Positions 42,800-55,148 of a DNA stretch of 64,000 nucleotides are shown in pieces. Location: NCBI GenBank assembly GCA_043228905.1, contig JBHGNT010000016.1, positions 18,786,001 to 18,850,000 of the forward strand, given 5' to 3'. The stretch's first letter is position 1. Each line of letters begins with the position of its first letter. The notes under the pieces were generated by a model that did not search any database, was not told the origin of the DNA, and saw nothing but the letters and a program-made list of their open reading frames with translations. The DNA is from Azolla caroliniana (taxonomy: Eukaryota; Plantae; Polypodiophyta). Made by a program: the position numbers and the translations under genes.

Positions 42800-43620
42800 C
42801 AATGAAAGATCTTGTACCTTTAGAATATTATCTTGGAATCAAGGTAACTCGTAATTGTATAGAAAGAACTCTAACCTTGACACAATGAAAAGTTGGTGGG
42901 GGATATTCTTCAAAAGTTTGAGATGGTTGATTGCAAGCCAATCTCAACTCCTATGACCTTCCATGCAAACTTTCAACAAATGATAACCTGATGTCAATTA
43001 AAGATGGAAAAATGATGGAATCACTCCTTATTGCTAAATCTTAGGCAGTATAAGGTATCTTGTGAGTTACATTCATCTTGATATTTCTTATTGTGCATGT
43101 TTTCTTTCCAAGTTTATGCAAAATCTTGGACTTGCACATTCACAAGCTCTTAGACGTGTACTATGGTATTTCCAATATACCAAGGATATGGGTCTCACAT
43201 ATCAAAGCTTCTTATCCTAGAATTCGTCATAATCTAGTGGATGGCTCAATACTTCTATAGTTGGTTGGATGAGTTTTGATTGGGGGGAATCTTGATACCT
43301 CTCACTCAACATCAGGCATAGTCTTTATATTCGGAGGAGCTAAAATCTCTTGGAAAAGCAAACGACAAGTGTTTGTAGCCCTTTTAAGCACTAAAGCTAA
43401 GTAAGTGGCAACCACTATAACTACCAAAGAAGGATTATGGATCAAAACCATAATTGAAGAGTTTGACATCCTTAAGCCCACAGAAATAAAGATATTTTGT
43501 GACAACCAATCGTGTATAAAGTTAGCAATGAATGCTAAGATCACTAATAAGGAATCTCATGAGTTATACTTTTCAAAGAATGAGATAACTAACAACAAAA
43601 GTGGAGGGTTGGAGTCCAAC
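42800..43620 (+). pseudogene. decayed copia RT/RNase H fragment
   Basis: YYLGIKVTR, ISWKSKRQ, KEGLWIKTII and IKIFCDNQSCIKLA motifs. Confidence 0.7.
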
Positions 43621-45427
43621 TAATGTCTCCACAAATGTGATCATCACTCGAGGGATTGAAAATGATGAATCACAATTTGACAACCAATATACTTTGGCCT
43701 CATTGGCCACAAGCCACCATTGAGACTCCAATGAAAATTGAAGATGTCATGGAGCATGTGGTTATTCTAGTTGTCAAAGACTCCATGATGGATTTAATGT
43801 CAACGAAATTCTATTAGAGGGGGTAATGATTGATTAACACCGCACATGGATGGATGAATTGGGTGGCTATTAAGCCAATGAAGGACCTTTGTGGAGCTTG
43901 GACGAATGATAAAGTGATGATTAAGAGCAAGCAAGTGGGATCGAAAAACATCCAGGATTTGCCATCCCATGCAATAATATCCGATGACCACTACAATATA
44001 GTGATCCCAAGGTCCTTGAGAATAGGTCCTGCAGCCAAATTCAAACTCAATAGAAGCCAAAACTAAACGAGACTCTCACATTGTCCTAATTATGTGTAAA
44101 TTTGTAAAAGCTTATTCATAGGACAATCAATCTATTGAATTGGCAGCCTATGCCCCTCTGTCTATCCCCAGTTTCTGTGGAAAATAATAATAATTATAAG
44201 CAAAAAATTACTTTAAATAAATATTAGTAATAGTTATTAGTTCTTAAGAATACGGTTTCCTTCTCATGAAGCCGTATTGGTGGTGGTCTTATAAAGCCAC
44301 CACCAACGTTGTAACCATAATAGGGCGTAATAATACAATATTGTTCTGTTTTCCCTCTCTCTCTCTCTCTTTGGTGAAAACACACAATTATATTAATAAC
44401 TGTGTGTAAAAAACACTACTTGCAATAGGTGTGACAATGAAGTATGGTCACCCATTAACTACACTACACGGGTAGTGGAACATGTTGAATTGCCAATAGG
44501 CAAAACGAACACTCCACCAAAGAAAGAATTTCCACATGCTCCAATAAAGAAAATTGCCACATTAGTACTCCCTTCAATTTTCGTAGATATGCTTTCACTC
44601 CATGTCTATCGTCAAATACAAAAGCGTTGCGCATATTCCAATTATGACGCAATCCCCAATATCTCAGAAATAGAAAAACGATCTCCATCTCTAATTTTGG
44701 GTTAACTTGTGCAAATGGTGCAAACATCCACTATCTAGGTGTCAAATAACACCGTGATAAAACTTGCCAAATTTGAGAAATGTAACTCCAAATCTGACAA
44801 GCAATCAGACATTGTATAAATCGATGAGTACTATCTTCCATTTGAACAATGCAAAAGAAATAATTACCCGTTGCTAATCCGTGATGCTTTAGAGCTAATC
44901 CCAAAGGCAATCCTCCAATCAAAACTCTCCAAATGAAGACCTTTGCTACAAGTGGCAATTTAGAATGCCAACTACGTTGTAAGATTTGCCACCACCCATG
45001 ATCAGATTTGTGTAATCTCCATTCTTCTTCAACCTTAGATGATAACCATCCAAGAGACTCAACAGAGCAATGATACAAAAGATTAGTAGTCACTTGTAAC
45101 AATGACGTTTGACCCTTTAAACATCAATCAAGCCATGGTTGTTCTCCTATTTGTAGAGGTAAGGGACCTTGCATCAATGCAATATTTTGTAGTTGTTTCC
45201 AAATAAACCCATAATTAGGCGGAATACGTAATAATTGTCGCGCATCAGCAAACTCCAAAATTCTTTGAGATGGAGCCTCAACTATATCTCCCACCTCTTT
45301 GACCCCCAAACGAAACAAACGATTAAATTGAGAGCACAATCTCTTCTTTCTTGGCCAACATAATAACCAAGAAGACACAAGTAACTCTTTTTGCAAAGAA
45401 TTACAATGTTCTCTACTAGATGATGGT

Positions 45428-46037
45428 TTCCATACACATAACAAGAGTGCTTCTTGCCATGAGGTAACCAAGTGTTGAACACATTAGAGCCCGGAATCCT
45501 AAGTGAAATACATCCATTCAGTAATTGCCACCATGAAGCCTTAATCGTTGTCCTCCCATGTGTTAAACCCTTGTTCTCAATGAAATATTGAACAATAGAT
45601 ATCCATGGTTGTGAGTTTGAACACATATCTTTCCATACACATAACAAGAGTGCTTCTTGCCATGAGGTAACCAAGTGTTGAACACATTAGAGCCCGGAAT
45701 CCTAAGTGAAATACATCCATTCAGTAATTGCCACCATGAAGCCTTAATCGTTGTCCTCCCATGTGTTAAACCCTTGTTCTCAATGAAATATTGAACAATA
45801 GATATCCATGGTTGTGAGTTTGAACACATATCTTTCCATACACATAACAAGAGTGCTTCTTGCCATGAGGTAACCAAGTGTTGAACACATTAGAGCCCGG
45901 AATCCTAAGTGAAATACATCCATTCAGTAATTGCCACCATGAAGCCTTAATCGTTGTCCTCCCATGTGTTAAACCCTTGTTCTCAATGAAATATTGAACA
46001 ATAGATATCCATGGTTGTGAGTTTGAACACATATCTT
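45428..46037. repeat. three near-identical 203-bp tandem units inside the LINE
   Basis: Units start at ~45428, 45631 and 45834; repeated ORF peptides in the track. Confidence 0.9.
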
Positions 46038-47534
46038 GTAATAATGAAAATCTACGAGCCATCATGTGCTTAGATAAGTTCTATATTCCAGCCCCCCCCA
46101 AGTGCTTAGGGGTTGCTAGATGATTCCATGCAACCCAAGTGATTCCCATCTTATCCCTCTTCTTCCACAACAAATATCGAAGAGGTTGCAAAATAGAATG
46201 CAAAGCCTTCTTTGTCCATGGCAACAATGGCAAGTAATATAATATCATGGGTTCCATAATACATTGTACAACCTTCAAGCGTACATGAAATGCCCAAGAT
46301 TGTGACTTCCAATACATGAACTTATCCCTCAACTTACTAGACATCCATTCAATCAATTGACCATTTGTAACATTCATTCCTAATGGATAACCCAAGTGTC
46401 GAAAAATAAAGCCTTTCTTCACCACGGATCCTTGCCATCCTAAACATTCCAAATCCCTTTCAGTACATGATATGAGACTAGACTTTTCCTCCAATTAATA
46501 TGTAATCCGGAAGCCAATGCAAATTGGTTCCATACAAGCATCCCCTTCTCAAGATTCTCTCGTGAGGCTTGTAGAAACATGAAAGAATCATCAGGCAAAG
46601 CTTGTGCTACTAGTTGCCCTCCATACGGAAGGTGTAGACCCACAATATCACCATTTGTTGCAAGCTTGGATAGTATCACTAACAAGGGATGAGTAACAAT
46701 AGCAAACAACAATGGACTAATGGGGCATCCTTGATGAATGGATCTTGGGAGGAAAATATCTTATGTAACTCCCCCATTAAGCATTACTTGAGACACTATA
46801 TCTTGTCCTAATAAAAATATGAGGCGAAACATACGAGGTCCAAAGCCCATTGTATGCATTAACCCAGAAACAAAGGACCAATTAACAAGATCATAAGTTT
46901 TCTCCAAATCTAATTACACCATAATCAATTCTTGATGAGTGTTTCAAGCACAATCCATGGCCATTTGAACATTCAACACATTATGCAATATATTCCTACT
47001 TGGAATAAAACCATATTAGACGAGATGTATCAACTTTGGCAAATACTTTTGTAATCTATTTGCCAAGACCTTTGTAAATATCTTATACAACCCCCCCATC
47101 AAAGAAATAGGTCTCCATTCATGAAATGACTTTGGAGATGCCACGTTTGGAATTAATTTAATTAGACCAACCTTCCAAGCTTGAGGCATACGACCAGAAT
47201 CCCAAGAATGTTGAAACATCAAAGGTAAGGGCCCCTTTAAAATGTTCGAATATCGCTTAAAAACTTCATTTGTCAAGCCATCCCAACTGGGGCTCTTACC
47301 ACTAGGAAGATGCCTTAAAACTTTGTCCACCTCATCCTCAGTGAAATCTGCATCCAATTCATGACTAATGAGGCCATGCATAGTACATCCAACCACATCA
47401 TAAAACTCATGACGTGCTCTACTCACCTCATTTGTCATTAACAATTGTGGGCCAATCAACTCCTTAAAGTAATGAACACATATGTCAATTATTGTAGTAG
47501 GATCCACTATCCATTCATCCCCTTGCTTCACATG

Positions 47535-48192
47535 TACCACATTAGATCGAGTATAAGTAGGATGTAATGCTTGGAAAAACAAATGAGATTGACATTGATG
47601 ATCTATGAGCCCATCCCTCAATTGTCGCATCTTTGCATAACGATAACTTTGGCATTACAACTGAGAAATAATAACATGCAATTGACTTTGGATATCCAAA
47701 AGTTCCTCATCTAATGGTGTATGTATTAATAATGCATTACACTTGGAGAGAACTTGTGAGAATTGTTGAAGAAGACCTCTTCGTCGTTGAGCATTAGTTA
47801 CTCCATACATACGATGAATGATCTTAATGTTTCGTAATGTGATATCCCATGCTTTAACTCCTTGATACCACATTAGATCGAGTATAAGTAGGATGTAATG
47901 CTTGGAAAAACAAATGAGATTGACATTGATGATCTATGAGCCCATCCCTCAATTGTCGCATCTTTGCATAACGATAACTTTGGCATTACAACTGAGAAAT
48001 AATAACATGCAATTGACTTTGGATATCCAAAAGTTCCTCATCTAATGGTGTATGTATTAATAATGCATTACACTTGGAGAGAACTTGTGAGAATTGTTGA
48101 AGAAGACCTCTTCGTCGTTGAGCATTAGTTACTCCATACATACGATGAATGATCTTAATGTTTCGTAATGTGATATCCCATGCTTTAACTCC
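47535..48192. repeat. ~330-bp tandem duplication inside the LINE
   Basis: TACCACATTAGATCGAG at ~47535 and ~47866; duplicated ORFs 47655-47873 and 47986-48435. Confidence 0.88.
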
Positions 48193-48786
48193 TTTAAGAT
48201 TCACTTCTTGTGAAAAATTTACCAAAATTTGCTCCATGATAGAATCAAAGTGAGGTTGAAGCAAAAGAGAAGAGTTAAAGCGTAATGGAGGCTTTCCAAG
48301 TAAAGACTTATATATGTCAATTGCATGACCACAAACCTCCAAACAAATAGGAAAGTGATATGAAGTTCCTACATCTTGTAAAATTGTCATACGAAGTGAT
48401 GTTGGTAAAAAAGAATCATTGTGCATCACATCCATTCTATCTAACCGATTCCATGTTTGTCTATGTTAAGTGGATTGGAAAGTAAAACTTGGATCATTCC
48501 CATGCAACCATGTCCAAACATCCAACTTCAGAATCTCCATAGCCAATGAATCCCAAGCAAGTTGCTCATGATCATCCATGATTGAATGTTCAGACATAGA
48601 TTGGGATGCATCAACACACATGTTAAAATCACCCATAAGTAATCTTGGACGTCCCACACATAGAGTTTGACGGAGTGAGCCCTATAATGCAATACGTTCA
48701 GTGGCTTGGTTAGGGGCATAAATCCCAACCACCCACACAACCTCGCCAAAAAAGTGAATTCTAGAACCAAAACGTGACCATAAGGA

Positions 48787-48822
48787 AACACGTTCGCGTT
48801 CACAAGTGGAAGGATTGCGCAT
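48787..48822 (+). repeat. left TIR AACACGTTCGCGTTCACAAGTGGAAGGATTGCGCAT
   Basis: Inverted match to 57507-57542 and to the end of copy 1 at 22098. Confidence 0.95.
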
Positions 48823-49873
48823 TCCACTTGTAGAATCTTCTTGAAACGAAGCAAATACACCCTCTCTACAAAAATTGGATGCACTAGTATCACATGTTCC
48901 TCAACTTGATTAGAATTTGCAAATATAAAAATACATGATAGGTCTACGAGTGGAGATCATTAGAAATCATGCAAGTTTGGACGTGTTGATAAGTTAATGT
49001 AGGCATAATAAAGTTCAACAATGGCTCAATATGTCACTAATGTGCGACAAGGGAAACACTAAGTTAAAGGCTTATATTAATTTGGTAAGTTTTACAAAAA
49101 TATGAGGTGTACTTGTATCTATACTAATAAAATGAGTTTTAATTTATACTTTGATCCATATGTGCATGTATATAATTGTGGACAATGTAGGATAATGCAC
49201 TTTAGGATAATGTGATTGGAATAACTAACTTATTAAAGTATTCAATACTTGTATTTAAAGTTGATCTAATCTATTCCTCAGTTTGTTCATATGGGATCAA
49301 ACCATATGTATATAATTGTGGACAATGTAACGCAGTGAACTTTAGGATAATGTCGTGGAAATAACAAACCTCCTAAGGCTTTCATACCTGTATTTAAAAT
49401 TGATCTACTCTATTGCTTAGGTGATTCACACATGATCAAACTCCGAACGATAACGCAAGTGGAACTACAGGCGTATAAAAACATGCGGATAACGCTAGTG
49501 GAACCATTATCAACACACTACACAATCTAAGCAGCAATGGAATAGAAACATAATAGTTTTAACAATAGAAGACAAAGATCCATAATAACAACATGGACAG
49601 TCATGGCAACAATTGTAGGACCATATTATGTTAAGGTTAGCTTGGACCAAAATCAACCTCAATTTAAACTAATTCATGTTTCTCCATAAATTTGGTAGTC
49701 AGCTATGCACGCGGTGAAATCAATGTCATAAGTCTACTAACCAAGTATATAAAAATAAAATTGAAACATATAGAAGATTAAAAAGAATAGAATCCACCAA
49801 GTAAAACCCAAAATTTGTATTAATAATGTGAAATCCAAACAAATCGTCAATGTCATTTTCTTCATAGAGTCTA

Positions 49874-52800
49874 TTACATAGCAATCAATTCATCAATGTC
49901 ATTTTCTTCATCATCTTGTGTAGAACTCTCTTCGGCTATACGTGCATTGGCTTCCCCTGTTAGCCGAGCCAACGAAATATCTTCTATAAGCTCATCATCA
50001 AGCTCTATTAGCTCCCCCGGTTCGCCGGCTAACGGAGGAATAGGCTCTTGCGAAGCAGGTTGAAACCTTTCTGTATTAGCGAGGTTCTTTGCACCGACCT
50101 CCTCATCCTGGTCTGGGCACTCCCACAAAGCCTTAATCCTCATATTTATAAATATAACCTGCTCCTCGTCCTTCTCCAATGCAACTGTATTTCTAAAGAG
50201 CTTCAATGCACATGCAGACGTCGTTCCTGTGAAGAAAGTAACAAGAAGAATTAGTTGTCAAACAAAAAAGATTCGGTATTGGTTATCTCAAGATCGTTAC
50301 CCTAGTTCGAGGAATATCTGTGCCAGAAAAGAGATCTAATATCCAGTCTCCTTCGATAGAAAACATCTCGATCAAGCACATCATAAGTCGCGAAGGTTTT
50401 TGATATGGGTTGACAAGTCCCCGTTCTGTCATGGTGACATGTCGCAATTTCCGTGTCACTGCTGGATATACCAGCAGATTTGAACCTCCCACTTCATTAG
50501 AATGCTCCTTGATTCTTTGTTTCTTAATTTCATCGAAGTAGCTAACCATGATGTATTCAATGGCATTAACGAACCGAAAAGTTGGCCCTCTATTTACATT
50601 GGTTTTTATCCTATAAAAAATAATACATCGAGTTAAGAATAGATTGAACAACCTTAAGAAATGCAATATAGTGAATGACACCTATAAATAATCCTTACCA
50701 TGCAAGGTTCTTGATGCCATGGCAACGAGATCTCAAAGCTTGATCTACCGAGTACCCTTGGTCCATACTATGAAAGACAACTATTCACCACAAGGATGCA
50801 GTTGTTAGCTCAGCAAAATCCTTGACCATCTTCTCCAACTGTTTAAACCTAAACGGTTCATCGTCGTATGATGACCCAACTATTCGAAATCCGTAAGGAA
50901 TATCCGCAATCATTAGCGTATATTCCTTCTTTGGCACTTTTTGGATCAGGTCGACGACATTGTAGTAAAGATCTCTCGTAATATCTTTTTTGTGGCTAAA
51001 TTTTTTAAAGGAGCCATCATCCTCCATTTCGTACGCCTTGACTAAGCGATGATCCTTTTCTTTTCTGGCTTGCTCGAGATGTGCAAGGAAGGATGTAGGG
51101 AAATCGTGTATATCCTTAACTTCTCCTTGTTTCTTGCCACGACACGGTTTCTAATAGAAGGAATAGGACATCAAGTATTATTATACAAGCTCTACATATG
51201 ATGAAAGCGTAATGAAAAACCACCAATACTAACCCAATCCTTGAATGCAATAAAATACTCCGATAACGCCTTATATGAAGACGTTAGAGGATAATCCTCG
51301 GTCACTTGTTCCCAAGTTATACATCCAAGTTGTTTCATCATAACTTCTTGGATCTTCATGTACACCTTATGACTGTAAAATTAGAAATCAAGATTAGAAC
51401 TTTGAATTACACCATATAGACTTCAATATCAGTATTTGAAAGACTTACTTATTGAACTCAGTGACCATTTCTTCAAGGCTTAAATCTTTCGCCACAACCC
51501 TTGACAAAACAGACACAAGAAGCTGCTCGTCCTTAATACCTTGCATTGCTCTCCATAGAGACAACTTCATGTCGTCAGCCGCTTCTTCAATTGTCAAGTC
51601 AATTTTCTTGGCCGCTTGTGACTTTAACTCTAGTCGAGGGTCAACCTTACATTTCTTTTGTCGTTGACCCTTTACCTCCTTATTCTCCCACATTGAGAAG
51701 ATTTGATCCTATAGGTCCCATACTTCTCCATCTCTAAAGGCTAGTTGAAACCAAGACTCATATTTTCGAAGACCATCGGAGTTAACATTATCATCTACCA
51801 CAATTCCGACTTCATGCAGACATTGACGTCGTAGACCTGGATGTAGCTTCACACCAAACTTTTGTTTCACGTCCAAATACTTGTGGTGGAAGAACCTTAT
51901 ACGCTCAATCGACGACATTTTTTGCCTATAGTCATTATCATTGTTATGGTCCCATGCCAACAGCTTTGCCTCTTCAGTTGTGAGCCCCACGTAAATTTTG
52001 CACTCGGCATACTTGAAGAAGAAAGTCGTTGGATGTTCTCTCACAAGTTGCCGATGTGCCTCCGCCGAATGCGATCCACCAATGACAAAGTAATTATATT
52101 GATCATGCTTTCTAATATCAAAATCTTCAATGGTTTCACATTCTTCAGGATCTACCATAACAATAAAAGGCACCACAATGGCATGAGGATTAATTTTCAT
52201 TTATTTCTTGAGATTTTGAACATGCATTCGGTGTGGCTCTCTAATCTCAAGTGGTCTTCGACCTGTTTTTTCATCAATAGGGGGCCGATGGATGTGTGTT
52301 ATAGGCAAATTAAACACTCTCCTTATCTTATTCTGCTCGGATGACAACACACCCGATGCCAGCTCAGCTCCTAGCGTCCCCTTAGTGTCCTCCTCTTCAT
52401 TTTCACTTGTTGAATCGGAGTCCGACATTTTGGTTGTCTTCTTCTTTGCTGGTCTTGATTGTACTTTAGATACCCTTTTTATGGCCTTCATTGGGGAGGG
52501 CACTTCCTCCCTTAGAGTTACATGGCCTTGTATATAAGGCCTCAAGGTAATAATAAGGTTTTGTGAGCTTTCAAGATCTTTTTTGAACGCTTCTGGCCCA
52601 CAAGATTCCTTTACTAGAAGATCTTCTAAAAGGAACACTTTACGTACCCCCTTGGAGCACTCTATCAATACAAGTATGTTGGCCGAATCTGCATCTTCGT
52701 AGTCAAATCGTAGAATACGGCCATACATAAATGGGGTTTCCTTTCCATGCTGCCCCTCCCCCTTCTTCTTTGCTGTATACAATACGACTTTTTTCTTTGA

Positions 52801-54334
52801 GTCGACGTACTGCACACACCATTCCTTGTCTGTTAGATCACGGTCAGGAAGGTCTTCACCTCCAATAACTGCTACAAGTTTCTTTTGGCTAACCTCAATG
52901 TGAGGTCACGTAGATTAAGGTTGTATATGAAAATACAAAAAAGTAGATGAAGAAATAAACTAGCAGGCGATTTGTGGTGAACTATAAATATCAATCATGC
53001 ATTCATAGTACATGGTAGTCCTATATTCAAAAATCTATTCTAGTTAGGGCTATTCAACTTAGAAAATATATATCGTAATAAGTATACAAGGTTATATATT
53101 GTCTTGAAGGGCATGTATGACTTATATTGATTCCATAACCATATTGTAGATAATTTGCATGTGATAGACTTGAGATTGGTATCGTAAAGGTAATTTGTGG
53201 GTTATTTTCTATTATTTTAAGCTATAATAGGTCATAAAACCCCTATAATTATGGCCCTTTTTAAAAATAAAGTAAGGCAAGTCGACATAAAAAAGACTGA
53301 TTTTGATAGACTATTTGATATCTTTTCTCACAATACTAAATTGTTGCCCCAAAAACACAATATTCTTCTTTCAGGGTTTTCTTTTAAACACGTATCGAGT
53401 TCCTCTGTGTTCTTTGCTTTTTAAAAAGGAACTTGATACGGCATATCGAGTTCCTCTTTAAAACCTAAACTTTAAACAGGAACTCGATATGCCGTATCGA
53501 GTTCCTGTTTAAAAAGCGAAGAACAAAGAGGAACTCGATACGACGTATCGAGTTCCTCTTTAAAACCTAAACTTTAAACAAGAACTTGTTACAACGTATC
53601 GAGTTCCTATTTAAAGTTTAGGTTTTAAAGAGGAACTTGATACGCTCTGTGTTCTTTGCTTTTCAAACAAGAACTCGATACGCCGTATCATGTTCCTCTT
53701 TAAAACCTAAACTTTAAATAGGAACTCGATACGCCGTATCGAGTTCCTGTTTAAAAAGCGAAGAACACAGAGGAACTTGATACGCCTACGCCGTATCATG
53801 TTCCTCTTTAAAACCTAAACTTTAAACAGGAACTCGATACGCCGTATCGAGTTCCTGTTTAAAAAGCGAAGAACACAGAGGAACTTGATACGCCGTATCG
53901 AGTTCCTGTTTAAAAAACAAAGAACACAGAGGAAATCGAGTTCCTGTTTAAAAAGCAAAGAACACAGAGGAACTCGATATGACGTATCGAGTTCCTCTTT
54001 AAAAAGCAAAGAACACAGAGGAACTCGATACAGCGTATTGAGTTCCTATTTAAAACCTAAACTTTAAACAGGAACTCGATACGCTGTATTGAGTTCTTGT
54101 TTAAAAAACAAAGAAAACAGAGGAACACAATACGGCGTATCGAGTTCCTGTTTAAAAAGCAAAGAGAAAATAGGAACTCGATACGCCGTATCGAGTTCCT
54201 GTATAAAGTTTGTATTTTATACAGGAACTCGATACGGCGTATCGAGTTCTTGAGTGACGAATCATATTTACAAAAATGTCCACAATGTCAGAGGCCTACC
54301 TCGAGTCCTGGCGCTCGATTCTCTTTGAAGACAT
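49874..54334 (-). pseudogene. spliced ParB/Srx-like domain + beta-class N6-adenine/N4-cytosine DNA methyltransferase fusion (transposon cargo)
   Basis: Predicted exons 54334-54300, ~52900-51449, 51372-51234, 51150-50699, 50610-50318 and 50226-49874. Motif IV LMIADIPYG, then LAWIKTN...RFVNAIEYIMV, NPYQKPSRLMMCLIEMFSIEGDWILDLFSGTGTTSACALKLFRNTVALEKDEEQVIFINMRI. Lesions include TGA at 50785, an AT donor at 50317, and stops plus a deletion in exon 2. Confidence 0.88.
53391..54251. repeat. array of ~14 full plus several partial 29-bp palindromes, ~51-bp period
   Basis: AGGAACTCGATACG-N-CGTATCGAGTTCCT units with two recurring spacer types (GTTTAAAAAGCGAAGAACACAG / CTTTAAAACCTAAACTTTAAAC). Confidence 0.95.
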
Positions 54335-54443
54335 GGTTGATCTTGTTGAAGTGGAGGCGGAGATCGCGCTTTCGTGCTTCGTGCTCTGTGTGCTCTTGTA
54401 TGCTCTTGTGCACTATTGTGATTGAAATATGACGAGGTCTTCC

Positions 54444-54451
54444 TATTTATA
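54444..54451 (-). promoter_or_regulatory. putative TATA box (TATAAATA) of the MTase cargo gene
   Basis: CCTATAAATAGG ~110 bp upstream of the predicted ATG, conserved in copy 1 (~18088-18095). Confidence 0.5.
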
Positions 54452-55148
54452 GGGATGACCACAATGGTTAAAGTAACCACAATCACCTTAACCAGGGTTG
54501 GTAAGCTTGAGGTTAGTTAGTAACCACAATCACATTAACCAGAGTAACTTATGATTGCATTAATGATTACAATGTTAAACTAACATATTGATGAATCTTT
54601 TATAGTCATAATAACTTACAATGACTTTAAAGGTCATGAAGGACACAATGATAGAGGTTCATGAATGAACCAATGATTGATTACTAAAATCAACATTTTT
54701 ATGACTCTCAATTGCTGTGTATTAAAGATGTGGGCATGAATGAACCCAATGATTGATAAGTCTAATATTTAAAATGGTGAGCATTAATTAACCAATGACT
54801 GAGAAGTTCTATATCAAATATGGGTGCCATTAATTAGCTAATGATTTTAACTTTAATCCAACATATTTATGGCTTGTTAATGATTGGAATTATATTATAC
54901 TTGATTTAACTTCATATACACCTGGTATAAATAATTATTGTTATTTTAAATACAATTACTATATTAAAAATAATATTTTTATGTATTGTATTAATATAAT
55001 ATTAAATAATATCGACATTATATTGAGGGAGCTTTTGTTTAGAAAGGAGTTTATGTTTAGAGAGGAGTATATGTTTAGAGAGGAGCTTATTAGTTTTTTG
55101 ACTTAGCCTAAGCACATAACTTAAAGAGCCCTATCTAGACCTTAAGCC

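Larger units (their letters stand above)
44464..48786 (-). mobile_element. L1-type LINE ORF2 (endonuclease-RT-zf-RVT), decayed
   Basis: LMGDFN (APE), KSPSWDGLT, WRPISLMGGLYKIFTKVLANRL, QALPDDS, HLGYPLG, C-terminal EDSTHRFIQC; continues at 57543-57690 beyond the DNA transposon. Confidence 0.88.

Noticed and set aside
49874-52900. Bacterial contamination or a prophage restriction-modification system
   Set aside because: The gene has spliceosomal introns, lies within TIRs/TSD inside a plant LINE, and no cognate endonuclease is visible
53391-54251. CRISPR array (palindromic ~29-bp repeats with spacers)
   Set aside because: Spacers are only ~22 bp, low-complexity and recurrent rather than unique; no cas genes; eukaryotic intronic context
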